From positions 1,623,893 to 1,687,892 of the forward strand of contig CBDDPL010000004.1 of NCBI GenBank assembly GCA_965232285.1: 64,000 nucleotides of DNA, written 5' to 3'. Every line of letters begins with the position of its first letter. Position 1 is the first letter of the stretch. A model generated the notes under the pieces. The model made no database searches and had not been told where the DNA came from. It saw nothing but the letters and a program-made list of their open reading frames with translations. Positions 54,552-63,437 of the stretch are shown here, one piece after another. Made by a program: the position numbers and the translations under genes. Origin of the DNA: Denitrobaculum sp. Lineage in GTDB: Bacteria; Pseudomonadota; Alphaproteobacteria; Kiloniellales; Kiloniellaceae.

Positions 54552-55685
54552 ATGTCTATCTTTAGGCGGATGATGAGGGGATTGATCCCCGCGATTCTGG
54601 TGCTGGCGGCAGTCTACGGAGCGGTCTCCATCGGGGGCGGGCTCTGGCTGACCGATCGTCCGGCGGTAGCGCAGAGCGCGCCGGAAAGTGGCCCGGCAAA
54701 TCCCGCGGCCGGTAAGGTCGACGGCTTCGTGCCCGGCAATACCCTGGGCAACAACAGCGATACGGAACTCTGGCGGGCGATCCGCCGCGGCGTGGAGGGC
54801 AATGTCTCCGGTGCCGGCGGCCATAACGGTCAGCTTATCCAGTCGGAAGGCGACAACTGGCGGGCGGTGCGCAACGGTCCGGTCTCCAAATACGGCGTCT
54901 GGGGCATGCTGGGCGTGATCGCGCTGCTCGCGATCTTCTTCGCGATCCGCGGCCGCATCAAGATCGACGCCGGCCGCTCGAACCAGACGATCCAGCGCTT
55001 CAACGCGGTGGAGCGCTTCGCCCACTGGCTGATGGCCGGCTCCTTCATCATTCTCGGCCTGACCGGTTTGAACCTGCTCTATGGCCGATACTTCCTGCCT
55101 GACGTCATCGGCAAGCCGGCCTTCGCCGCCCTGACGGCTTGGGGGAAGTACGCGCATAACTATCTGGCCTTTGCCTTCATGGCCGGCCTGGTGCTGAGCT
55201 TCGTCCTCTGGATCGTGCACAACATCCCCAATCGCACGGATCTCAACTGGCTGCTTAAGGGTGGGGGGCTGTTTTCCAAGCACAGTCATCCGCCGGCCGA
55301 AAAATTCAACGCCGGACAGAAGATCCTCTTCTGGCTGGTGATGCTGGGTGGCTTCTCGGTCAGCCTTTCGGGCATTTCGCTGCTGTTCCCGATGGAGCTG
55401 CCGCTCTTCGCCAAGACCTTCGCATTCCTGAACGTCTTCGGTTTGGGTCTCCCGACCGAGCTGACCATGATGCAGGAGACACAGCTTGCGCAGCTCTGGC
55501 ATGCTGTGGTCAGTCTGGTGCTGATGATCGTGATCGTCGGGCATATCTATATCGGCTCGGTCGGTATGGAAGGGGCCTTCGATGCCATGGGCAGCGGTGA
55601 TGTGGATCTCAACTGGGCCAAGGAGCACCACGGTCTCTGGGTGAAGAAGACCCTGGGGTCGAGTTCCACCGACGGGAGTCCCTGA
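54552..55685 (+). CDS. formate dehydrogenase cytochrome b (gamma) subunit with extended periplasmic N-terminal region
   Basis: ERFAHWLMAGSFIILGLTGL and later His-containing TM helices are typical of FdnI-type cytochrome b. Start ATG 54552. Confidence 0.85.
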   Translation: MSIFRRMMRGLIPAILVLAAVYGAVSIGGGLWLTDRPAVAQSAPESGPANPAAGKVDGFVPGNTLGNNSDTELWRAIRRGVEGNVSGAGGHNGQLIQSEGDNWRAVRNGPVSKYGVWGMLGVIALLAIFFAIRGRIKIDAGRSNQTIQRFNAVERFAHWLMAGSFIILGLTGLNLLYGRYFLPDVIGKPAFAALTAWGKYAHNYLAFAFMAGLVLSFVLWIVHNIPNRTDLNWLLKGGGLFSKHSHPPAEKFNAGQKILFWLVMLGGFSVSLSGISLLFPMELPLFAKTFAFLNVFGLGLPTELTMMQETQLAQLWHAVVSLVLMIVIVGHIYIGSVGMEGAFDAMGSGDVDLNWAKEHHGLWVKKTLGSSSTDGSP

Positions 55686-55686
55686 C

Positions 55687-56088
55687 GTGACCGAAACAGC
55701 CGTAAGGCGTCTGGCGGGCCTGCGGGTTCTGCCAGCGCTGCTGCTGGGCCTGGCCGTCATCTCCCTGGGTGGTGCGGCCTGGGCTCAGAAGCGGACGCTG
55801 TCGGAAGCCTCGGCGCAGGTTGCAGAAAGCTTCGATGTCGAGGTGCTGCGCAGTGCCGAGATTACACTGGCCGATGGCACGCCCGCCTATGAACTGGTGG
55901 TGATGAACAAGGGCGGCGCCTTCAACGAAGCCTTTCAGGTGACCCGCCTGCTGGTCGATCCGGCCAGCGGCGAGCTGATCCCGCGCTTCCGGCACGGTGA
56001 ATCCGGGGCCAGTATCTCCGGCGCGCCGCGCTACAGCCCGGGGCGGGATGGGGCGGACTCGATGATGCGCCGCGACAGCTTGAGGTGA
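55687..56088 (+). CDS. secreted hypothetical protein (PepSY-like?)
   Basis: GTG 55687 lies 1 nt after the preceding stop codon. Signal peptide ...GGAAWAQ. Small beta-rich domain. Confidence 0.5.
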   Translation: MTETAVRRLAGLRVLPALLLGLAVISLGGAAWAQKRTLSEASAQVAESFDVEVLRSAEITLADGTPAYELVVMNKGGAFNEAFQVTRLLVDPASGELIPRFRHGESGASISGAPRYSPGRDGADSMMRRDSLR

Positions 56089-56092
56089 CGGC

Positions 56093-57463
56093 TTGAGACA
56101 GCGTTTCCTTCCGGCGATCGCCATGCTCCTGGCCTCTTTGTTCGCCGCGGCTTCGGCGCGCGCCGATCTCTCCGGTCACGGCGGCCCGGTGAACGGCCTG
56201 GCCATCTCCGCCGACGGCAAGGCGGTCCTCACCGCGGGCTTCGACTACAGCGTCATCCTTTGGGATCTGGAGAGCGAAAGCGAGCGCCAGCGCCTGGACG
56301 GCCATGACGCGGCGGTCAATGCGGTCGCGTTTCTGCCCGACGGCCGCCGGGCGCTCTCGGCCAGCGACGATCAGGTGGTGATCCTCTGGGATCTGGGGAC
56401 GGGGCAGGAACTGCGCCGCTTCGAGGGACATGAGGGCAAGGTGGTCGATCTCGCGGTTTCGCTGGACGGCCGCTACGCCGCTTCGGCCTCCTGGGACCGG
56501 ACGGTCAGGGTCTGGGATTTGGGTGCGGAGGAGGGGGGCGAGCGCTTCCTTCTGCAGCACCGCACGCCGGTCAATGCGGTCGCCTTCCTGGCGGATAAGG
56601 GGGAGCTGGTGACCGGCGCCGGCGATGGCACGCTGCGGATCTGGGAGCTGGAGCGAGGCAATCTGAAACAGCAGATGCCGGAGCATGACTTCGGCGTCTC
56701 CGCCATTGCCGTTGCCGCCGACGGCCGCCACGCGGTGAGCGCTTCGGCGGATGAGACCCTGCGTTATTGGGATATGGAGACGGGCGAGGAGATCGCGGTT
56801 CTGCGCGGCCACGAGGGCGCCGTGCTGGCGACCGCCATCTCCCGGGACGGCCGTTTCGCGGCTTCCGGCGGCACGGATGGCAGGCTGCGTATCTGGCGCC
56901 TGGACAGTGAGTTCTATTCGCCGCAGGACTTTGCCTACAAGGGGGTGGTCTGGTCCCTGGCCTTTGCGCCCGACGCCGGTCTGTTGATTTCCGCCGGTGC
57001 GGATTCCCTGGCGCGCGTCTGGCAACTGGATGAAGAGGGCCGGCAGCGCGAGGCCGCGGAGCAGGTGGCGTCTGCGCAGGTCGCGGAACCGGAGTACGAT
57101 CCGGACCTGCCGGGCGCCTGGCAGTTCCGCAAATGCGCGATCTGCCACAGCCTGACCCCGGGCGATGACCACAAAGCCGGGCCGTCGCTCTACGGTCTCT
57201 TCGGCCGCCGGGTCGGAACCGTCGAGGGCTACAGTTATTCTCCGGCGCTGCGTGGTGGCGATCTGGTCTGGGATGAGGAGAGCGTCGACGCCCTGTTCCG
57301 TCTGGGCCCGGACGTGGTGACCCCAGGCAGCAAGATGCCGCTGCAGCGCATTCCCAAGGATGAGGATCGCGCGGAACTGATCGAGTTCCTGAAGCGCGCG
57401 GCCGGTTATCATGAAGGGGCGGTGCGGGGCGGGCAGGGCGCCCCTGCGAAACAGGCGAACTGA
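56093..57463 (+). CDS. periplasmic WD40-repeat protein fused to a C-terminal class I cytochrome c domain
   Basis: Signal peptide. Repeated GH.G.V..LA.S.DG....SAS.D.T.R.WD units (about 7-8). C-terminal CAICHS haem-binding motif with downstream GSKMP Met ligand. Confidence 0.85.
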   Translation: MRQRFLPAIAMLLASLFAAASARADLSGHGGPVNGLAISADGKAVLTAGFDYSVILWDLESESERQRLDGHDAAVNAVAFLPDGRRALSASDDQVVILWDLGTGQELRRFEGHEGKVVDLAVSLDGRYAASASWDRTVRVWDLGAEEGGERFLLQHRTPVNAVAFLADKGELVTGAGDGTLRIWELERGNLKQQMPEHDFGVSAIAVAADGRHAVSASADETLRYWDMETGEEIAVLRGHEGAVLATAISRDGRFAASGGTDGRLRIWRLDSEFYSPQDFAYKGVVWSLAFAPDAGLLISAGADSLARVWQLDEEGRQREAAEQVASAQVAEPEYDPDLPGAWQFRKCAICHSLTPGDDHKAGPSLYGLFGRRVGTVEGYSYSPALRGGDLVWDEESVDALFRLGPDVVTPGSKMPLQRIPKDEDRAELIEFLKRAAGYHEGAVRGGQGAPAKQAN

Positions 57464-57553
57464 GGGCCGTCGGGCCCGACTTGTGAATGAGACTCAAAGC
57501 TTTGCAGTTGGATTTCTGCAATCTAAAATAGGTAGTTAGGAGGAGTGCTTGAG

Positions 57554-57682
57554 ATGAAGGCTTTCTTGGCGAGTGTGGTGGCCGCGGCCGTGATTTCCAT
57601 CGGCGCCGCGGTGGTTTTGGACATGTGGGACTTCTCCGCAGAAAACGCCAATCAGTCCCAGAACGGCTCCGTGCGTCTTTAG
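57554..57682 (+). CDS. possible 42-aa membrane peptide
   Basis: Not in the ORF track. Strong TAGGAGGAG RBS 7 nt upstream of ATG. Translates to MKAFLASVVAAAVISIGAAVVLDMWDFSAENANQSQNGSVRL. Confidence 0.45.
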   Translation: MKAFLASVVAAAVISIGAAVVLDMWDFSAENANQSQNGSVRL

Positions 57683-57708
57683 CGTTTTATAGTCGGAGAA
57701 AAGTAAGC

Positions 57709-58308
57709 TCAGGCTGCCTCCAAGCAGCCGAGCAGCAACAGGGCAGCCTCCTTCGAGGCTTGCGTCAGGTCATCCGCCTCGCCGAGCGGATGGAGCGCCT
57801 CGACGTTAAAGTAAATCCCCATCAAGCCGGCCGCCACGGCCGCGACCCGTGAGGTCCCGGCCTTCGGCAGTTCCTCGGCGATCACTGCGGTAAGCTGCGA
57901 GAGAAAATCGTCCCGCCAGGCGCGCATGCGCTGCGCCAGTTCGAGATCTTCCCCGGAAGCGGCGATCAGCGCGTTGGAGACCTGAACGACCTGCGGGTCG
58001 AAGCTGTCCGGATCGAAGAGCCAGTCGATCAGGCGGCGCAGCCGGTTACTGCGGGGGAGTTCGCCGATCAGTTCGGCCAAGCTGTCACGGTTGTTGGCCA
58101 GGAAGCGCGTCACGAGCGCTTCCAGCAGTTCCTCCCGATTGCCGACGTTGTGGCGGATCAGGGCACGGGCCAGACCTGCCTGTTCGGCGGTCTTGGCCAG
58201 GGTGGCGCCCTCGATGCCGTAGCGGGCGACGCAGGCTTCGAAGGCATCGAGGATCTGCTCGCGGCGCTCGGCCTTTACGATCGGTCGGGACAGGGTCTTC
58301 ATCCTCAT
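57709..58308 (-). CDS. TetR-family transcriptional regulator
   Basis: N-terminal HTH (RREQILDAFEACVARYGIEGATLAKTAEQAGLARALIRHNVGNREELL). Confidence 0.9.
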   Translation of the reverse strand: MRMKTLSRPIVKAERREQILDAFEACVARYGIEGATLAKTAEQAGLARALIRHNVGNREELLEALVTRFLANNRDSLAELIGELPRSNRLRRLIDWLFDPDSFDPQVVQVSNALIAASGEDLELAQRMRAWRDDFLSQLTAVIAEELPKAGTSRVAAVAAGLMGIYFNVEALHPLGEADDLTQASKEAALLLLGCLEAA

Positions 58309-58312
58309 TTTT

Positions 58313-58371
58313 AATTATCAATCTTGACAATCAAGATAAGGAATGCCAGTTGATTGTCAAGATTGATAATT
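58313..58371. promoter_or_regulatory. TetR operator / divergent promoter region: perfect 22-bp inverted repeat
   Basis: AATTATCAATCTTGACAATCAA (58313-58334) and its exact reverse complement (58350-58371), separated by 15 bp. Each arm carries a TTGACA hexamer facing outward toward one of the two divergent genes. Confidence 0.6.
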
Positions 58372-58383
58372 TTGGTGGACAAG

Positions 58384-59310
58384 ATGGAAGCGCTGTTATC
58401 ACCCATCAGCACGGGCCGGCTGGAGTGGCTGGAAGTCCTGATTGACGACTGGTTCTTCGTTGTCGCGCTGGGCTTTCTCGCCCTGGAATTTCTGCGCTAC
58501 GGACTGCGCAAAGAGCTGAGCTGGAGCCTGTTGGGCGACAGTGTGACGAATTTCGTCACGCTGATCTTTTATCTCGTCTTGACGATTTTCATCTTCGGCA
58601 GCTTTTACGTCATCGCCTTCTATGGCGCCTATCACTTCGCTCTCTTCGAGATCGAGATCAACTGGGTGACGGTGGGGATCTGCATCGTCCTGGCGGATCT
58701 CGCCTACTACTGGGAGCACCGCTTTCTGCACCGGGTGAACTTCGCCTGGGCGACCCATACGGTGCACCATTCCTCGCCCTTCTTTAACATCTCCGTGGCT
58801 TACCGCTTCGGGCCGCTGGACGCCTTCTGGCCGGTCTTCTTTCACCTGCCGCTGCTTTTGCTGGGCTTTCATCCCATCGTGGTGCTGTTTGCGGAGGTGA
58901 TGGTTCAGCTCTATCAGACCCTGCTGCATACGGAAGCGGTCAAAAAGCTGCCGCGCCCGATCGAGTGGATCATGAATACCCCGTCCCACCACCGGGTGCA
59001 CCACGGCTCCAACCCTGCCTATCTGGATAAGAACTACGCCGGCGTCTTCATTATCTGGGATCGGATGTTCGGGACCTTTGCCGAGGAGAAGGAAGAGGTG
59101 GTTTACGGACTGGTGACCCCGATCAATTCGATCAACCCCTTCGTCGCCTTTCTGCACGGCTTCACCCGGCTGGGCAGGGATCTCCTGCAGGCGAGGGGCC
59201 TGGGGCACAGGCTGGGCCTGCTCTTCGGTCCGCCGGGATGGCAGCCCCGTGCCGTCGAAAGGACCGGGAGACTGGAGAGCGGAGAGGAAGCGCGACATGC
59301 CAAGCAATAG
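58384..59310 (+). CDS. fatty acid hydroxylase / sterol desaturase family membrane protein
   Basis: Histidine boxes HRFLH, HTVHH and HHRVHH. Multiple TM helices. Start ATG 58384. Confidence 0.85.
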   Translation: MEALLSPISTGRLEWLEVLIDDWFFVVALGFLALEFLRYGLRKELSWSLLGDSVTNFVTLIFYLVLTIFIFGSFYVIAFYGAYHFALFEIEINWVTVGICIVLADLAYYWEHRFLHRVNFAWATHTVHHSSPFFNISVAYRFGPLDAFWPVFFHLPLLLLGFHPIVVLFAEVMVQLYQTLLHTEAVKKLPRPIEWIMNTPSHHRVHHGSNPAYLDKNYAGVFIIWDRMFGTFAEEKEEVVYGLVTPINSINPFVAFLHGFTRLGRDLLQARGLGHRLGLLFGPPGWQPRAVERTGRLESGEEARHAKQ

Positions 59311-59788
59311 ACATCGTTTCTTTGCCGTCGTCGCGACGGCCGCCATCACCTTCAGCGGGGCCTGGCTGGCGAGCCAGGTTCCCCTCTCGGAAAGCTCGAC
59401 GGCGGCGGTTGCCGAAGCCCCGGACAGTCTGGAGGGCCTTTCCGTGCGGATCACGGGCCTGCGCAACGCCTCGGGGCGGGTGATCGTAATCGTTTTCGAC
59501 GAGGAAACGGCCTTCGAGGCCTTCGACGATCACGGGGCGGCCGGTTATCAGGAAATCGATGCTTCGACAACGCCTCTGGATGTCGCTTTTCCGGAGCTCA
59601 AGGCGGGCCCTTACGCCGTGACGGTCTTCCATGACGAGAATGGTGACCGCGACTGGAACCTGGAAGGTGATATCCCGCTTGAGGGCTATGCAATCTCGGG
59701 TGCAATCGATGCTTACGATGACCCGGGGTTCCGCCAGGCGGCGGTGGCGGCCGGGGCAGTGCGGTTAAATCTGCATTACTTACAATAG
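59297..59788 (+). CDS. DUF2141-like secreted protein
   Basis: Signal peptide, then ITGLRNASGRVIVIVFDEE..F pattern remembered for DUF2141. Overlaps the preceding gene by 14 nt. Confidence 0.65.
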   Translation: MPSNRHRFFAVVATAAITFSGAWLASQVPLSESSTAAVAEAPDSLEGLSVRITGLRNASGRVIVIVFDEETAFEAFDDHGAAGYQEIDASTTPLDVAFPELKAGPYAVTVFHDENGDRDWNLEGDIPLEGYAISGAIDAYDDPGFRQAAVAAGAVRLNLHYLQ

Positions 59789-60026
59789 CTCTGAAGTTCC
59801 AGATCTAACCCCCTGGCAATCAAGCGCTTTTGCCCGGCTTTCCGCCAGGCAGATGCCGGCTTGTTATGGTTACGAGGGGCTTAAAATAAAAATTAGTAAA
59901 ATCAGTTGATTAACACTTCGATAATCGATTCTTGAGACAGTGGTAACCGTGGGTGACACCCGCTGAACAGACAAGGTTCGCGCGCGCCTCCGCAGGCTGG
60001 GCGGTGGCGCAGAGTTCTGCGCGAAG

Positions 60027-62828
60027 GTGTCGGCGGGACGACAGCAGGAGGTTACCATTTCTCTCGTTCATAACGATTCGACCGGCTATGTCTGTAAATG
60101 CGCCGGTTGCAGCGGCGGCGTCGCATCGGACCCCTTCGACTCCGGCAGTGCCGCGGGCCCGGTCGGCAACAAGCCGGTGTGGGATCTCGCTCAGATCACC
60201 AGCAATCTGACCCGCTCCAACGCCGAATGGTCCGGCGCGACCGTTTCCTACAGCTTCTTCAACTCAGCACCGGCTGGTTACAACACCGAGGCCGCCGGTT
60301 TCTCGAAATTTAGTGCCGCGCAGCGCACGGTCGCGCGTGAAGCGATGCAGCTCTGGGATGATGTGGCGGCGATCTCTTTCGTCGAGACCAGCGGCGCCAG
60401 CGGCGATATCCGCTTCGCCAATACGACCACGGGTCCGGGTGTTGCCTGGGCTTACTATCCCGGCGGCGGCCGGGGCGGCGACGTCTGGGTCAATCCTAAC
60501 TACTATCACAACGGTCAGCTCAACCCGGACGACTACGGTTACCTGACCATGATCCACGAGGTGGGGCATGCGCTCGGGCTGAGCCATCCCGGCGATTACA
60601 ACGCCGGCTCGGGCAATCCCATCACCTATGCCAATTCAGCCGAATATGCCCAGGATACCCGCGAATTCACGGTGATGTCCTACTTTAGCGCCGGCTATAG
60701 CGGCGCCGACCATGTCAATGGCGGCAGCAAGTTCGGCGCGACGCCCCTGCTGCATGATATCGCGGCGATCCAGAGCATCTACGGCGTCGATACCACGACC
60801 CGGACCGGGGATACGGTTTACGGCTTCAACTCCAACGCCGGGCGGGCTGCTTTCGATTTCACCATCAACAGCACACCGGTGGTGGCGATCTGGGATGCCG
60901 GCGGCAACGATACGCTGGATTTCTCCGGCTACAAGGCCTACTACGCCACCGCGACGATCGATCTGAACGAGGGTGCGTTCAGTGATACGCCGAACATGAC
61001 CAACAACATTGCCATCGCCTATGGCGCGCAGATCGAGAACGCGATCGGCGGCGCCTGGCATGACCGGCTCATCGGTAATGCGTTGGATAACTACCTGAAT
61101 GGCTATAACGGCGAGGATACGCTCTGGGGCAACGCCGGGAACGATTATCTGCAAGGCGGGGCGGGCAATGACTCCATCGTCGGCGGCAGCGGCACCGATA
61201 CCGCCGTTTTCGAGGGCTTGCGTAAAGACTACTGGATCACCATTGACGGTGTGAACGTCGCGACGGTTCGCTATCAAGGCAGGAATTCTTCCTATGCAGG
61301 CACGGACCGGGTCGCGGCCGATGTCGAGAGTTTCGCCTTTGCCGACGGGACCTGGGCGGTGGGCAGTTTGCCCGGTAACGTCGTGCCGGATCTCTACATC
61401 CAGGCGAGATCCAAAGGCAGCAACCTCTATGGGGGCGCCGGCAACGACACCCTGATGGGGCTTGGCGGCAATGACAATCTTTATGGTGGTGACGGCAGCG
61501 ACCTCCTGAACGCAAGGGAAGGCAATAACCGGGCGTATGGCGGCAACGGCAACGATCTCTTGATGAGCCGTGGTGGCCGGGACACCCTCTATGGCGATGC
61601 CGGCAGTGATTTCATCAGCACGGGTGGCGGTGACGACTGGGCCTACGGCGGCAGCGGCAACGATTACATCAATGCCGGCAGTGGCAATGACCGGGCCTAT
61701 GGCGGCAGCGGCGACGACACTCTGGTCGGCGGTGGTGGCAACGACTCGCTCTATGGCGAAGACAGTAACGACTTCCTGAACGCCGGCGGGGGCAATGACT
61801 TCGTGGACGGCGGCGACGGTAACGATGTGATTTTCACCGGCAGTGGTAACGACCGGATCTCCGGCGGTAATGGCGACGACTTCATCTTCGCCGGCGGCGG
61901 CAACGATGTGATCAGCAGCGGCGAAGGCACCAATACCATCTTTGCCGGCAGCGGCGACGACAGGTTCTACGGCGGCAACGGCCGAGATGTTGTCTTCGCC
62001 GGCGGCGGTGCGGATCGGGTTTACAGCGGCAACGACAACGACGTTGTTTTTGCCGGCGGCAATGATGACCGGGTTTATGCAGGCTATGGTGACGACACGG
62101 TTTTCGGTTCTGGCGGCCGGGACACGATCGATGGCAGTGTCGGGAACGACTACCTGCATGGCGGCGGAGGCGAGGACCGGATCGACGGTGGTGCCGGTAA
62201 CGACACTCTGATCGGCGGCGGCGGCCGCGACCGCCTGTCCGGCGGGGCCGGCGACGATACCTACGTGATCGACCGGCTGGACATCATTTCGGAGAACTTC
62301 GGACAGGGCAATGACACGGTCGAAGTGGGTTTCAGTTACAGCCTGAATAACAATTTTGAGAACCTGACGCTGACCGGTGCCGGCAACATCAGCGGCACCG
62401 GCAACGCGGCGGACAATGTTCTGACCGGTAATGCGGGCAGCAACTTCCTCTCGGGCGGTAGCGGCAGTGATACGCTGATCGGCGGACTGGGCAACGATGT
62501 CCTGAGCGGCGGATCCGAAGCGGATGTGTTCTTCTTCAGCCTGCTGGTCAATCCGGGTATCGATACCGTCACCGACTTCAACCGCAGCGAAGACGTTCTG
62601 CGCTTTTCGGATGTGCTCGACGGTCCGGGCAACGATGTCGCGGATCTTGACGCGGCTTTGTTTGGCGGCGGGGGCAGCATCTACAATCATGGTGCCGGCG
62701 GCGATGTCTGGGTTAACTTCTCGGGTGGCACCCTGGTGCTGAGCGGCCTGGGCAGCGGCGCGGCGGGCGTGGTCGGCTCCATTGGCGATCTTGTTGACGA
62801 TCCTGCAAACCAGATCTCCGTCGTCTAG
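60027..62828 (+). CDS. serralysin-type (M10B) zinc metalloprotease with long RTX calcium-binding repeat region
   Basis: HEVGHALGLSHPGDY zinc site and Met-turn FTVMSYF. Dozens of GGxGxD nonapeptide repeats over aa 340-800. Start codon (GTG 60027) uncertain. Confidence 0.9.
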   Translation: MSAGRQQEVTISLVHNDSTGYVCKCAGCSGGVASDPFDSGSAAGPVGNKPVWDLAQITSNLTRSNAEWSGATVSYSFFNSAPAGYNTEAAGFSKFSAAQRTVAREAMQLWDDVAAISFVETSGASGDIRFANTTTGPGVAWAYYPGGGRGGDVWVNPNYYHNGQLNPDDYGYLTMIHEVGHALGLSHPGDYNAGSGNPITYANSAEYAQDTREFTVMSYFSAGYSGADHVNGGSKFGATPLLHDIAAIQSIYGVDTTTRTGDTVYGFNSNAGRAAFDFTINSTPVVAIWDAGGNDTLDFSGYKAYYATATIDLNEGAFSDTPNMTNNIAIAYGAQIENAIGGAWHDRLIGNALDNYLNGYNGEDTLWGNAGNDYLQGGAGNDSIVGGSGTDTAVFEGLRKDYWITIDGVNVATVRYQGRNSSYAGTDRVAADVESFAFADGTWAVGSLPGNVVPDLYIQARSKGSNLYGGAGNDTLMGLGGNDNLYGGDGSDLLNAREGNNRAYGGNGNDLLMSRGGRDTLYGDAGSDFISTGGGDDWAYGGSGNDYINAGSGNDRAYGGSGDDTLVGGGGNDSLYGEDSNDFLNAGGGNDFVDGGDGNDVIFTGSGNDRISGGNGDDFIFAGGGNDVISSGEGTNTIFAGSGDDRFYGGNGRDVVFAGGGADRVYSGNDNDVVFAGGNDDRVYAGYGDDTVFGSGGRDTIDGSVGNDYLHGGGGEDRIDGGAGNDTLIGGGGRDRLSGGAGDDTYVIDRLDIISENFGQGNDTVEVGFSYSLNNNFENLTLTGAGNISGTGNAADNVLTGNAGSNFLSGGSGSDTLIGGLGNDVLSGGSEADVFFFSLLVNPGIDTVTDFNRSEDVLRFSDVLDGPGNDVADLDAALFGGGGSIYNHGAGGDVWVNFSGGTLVLSGLGSGAAGVVGSIGDLVDDPANQISVV

Positions 62829-63437
62829 ACCGGATCGTCTTCGGACAGAAACACCTCAGGCAACCGCCTGAGGCGGAGGTCTCTCGCCCGAAGGCGACAT
62901 GGCATCGCCTTGTGGTGTCCGGCGCGCTTAGCTGCTGATGGAAGGCGGCGGTTACAGGCTGATCACAGCGGCGCTCAACGCAGGCTGTTCTCCGAAGGGT
63001 TGTTAACCACGAAGACTCGACGGCTTCGCACTGGTTGATTGGAAAAATACTTTAAATTCCATAGGGTTGATATTGAAACGCGAAACGGCGTCGATAAATC
63101 TTCTTTGGCGTGTATATTCGCCTTTATTTTGTCATATATGTATAATTGCATCGGCGACGAAAGATTTTCCCATTAATAGTTGCAAACTACCTTAAATCCG
63201 CCTAATTTTTCTGAAAAAGTGCAAATCGGCGTCATCAGATCAGATCTGTGGAGCCTGCAGGTAGCGCGGTTTTCCTGGAATTTTCGGTCTCAACCCCTTC
63301 CGGCAGAGCTTTCAATCGAATTGAGGACGGCGACACGGTCGAGCCGCCGGCTTTGATTCTTGTTAGTGGCCGTGTTTGCACTCTTTGAGGGTGGCTAGGT
63401 GGGCCGCCCGATGTAGGCGTTAAGGAATTTGGTGATT

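Noticed and set aside
61100-62300. Regular short DNA periodicity that could be mistaken for a CRISPR array or satellite; the same occurs at 63500-64000.
   Set aside because: The period is 27 nt, corresponding to RTX nonapeptide repeats inside an open reading frame. There are no unique spacers, no leader and no cas genes.
60636-62690. 684-aa antisense ORF across the RTX repeat region.
   Set aside because: The periodic GGxGxD-coding DNA keeps the complementary frame open and yields a V/A/I/T-rich low-complexity translation. The sense frame has the serralysin zinc site and canonical RTX nonapeptides.
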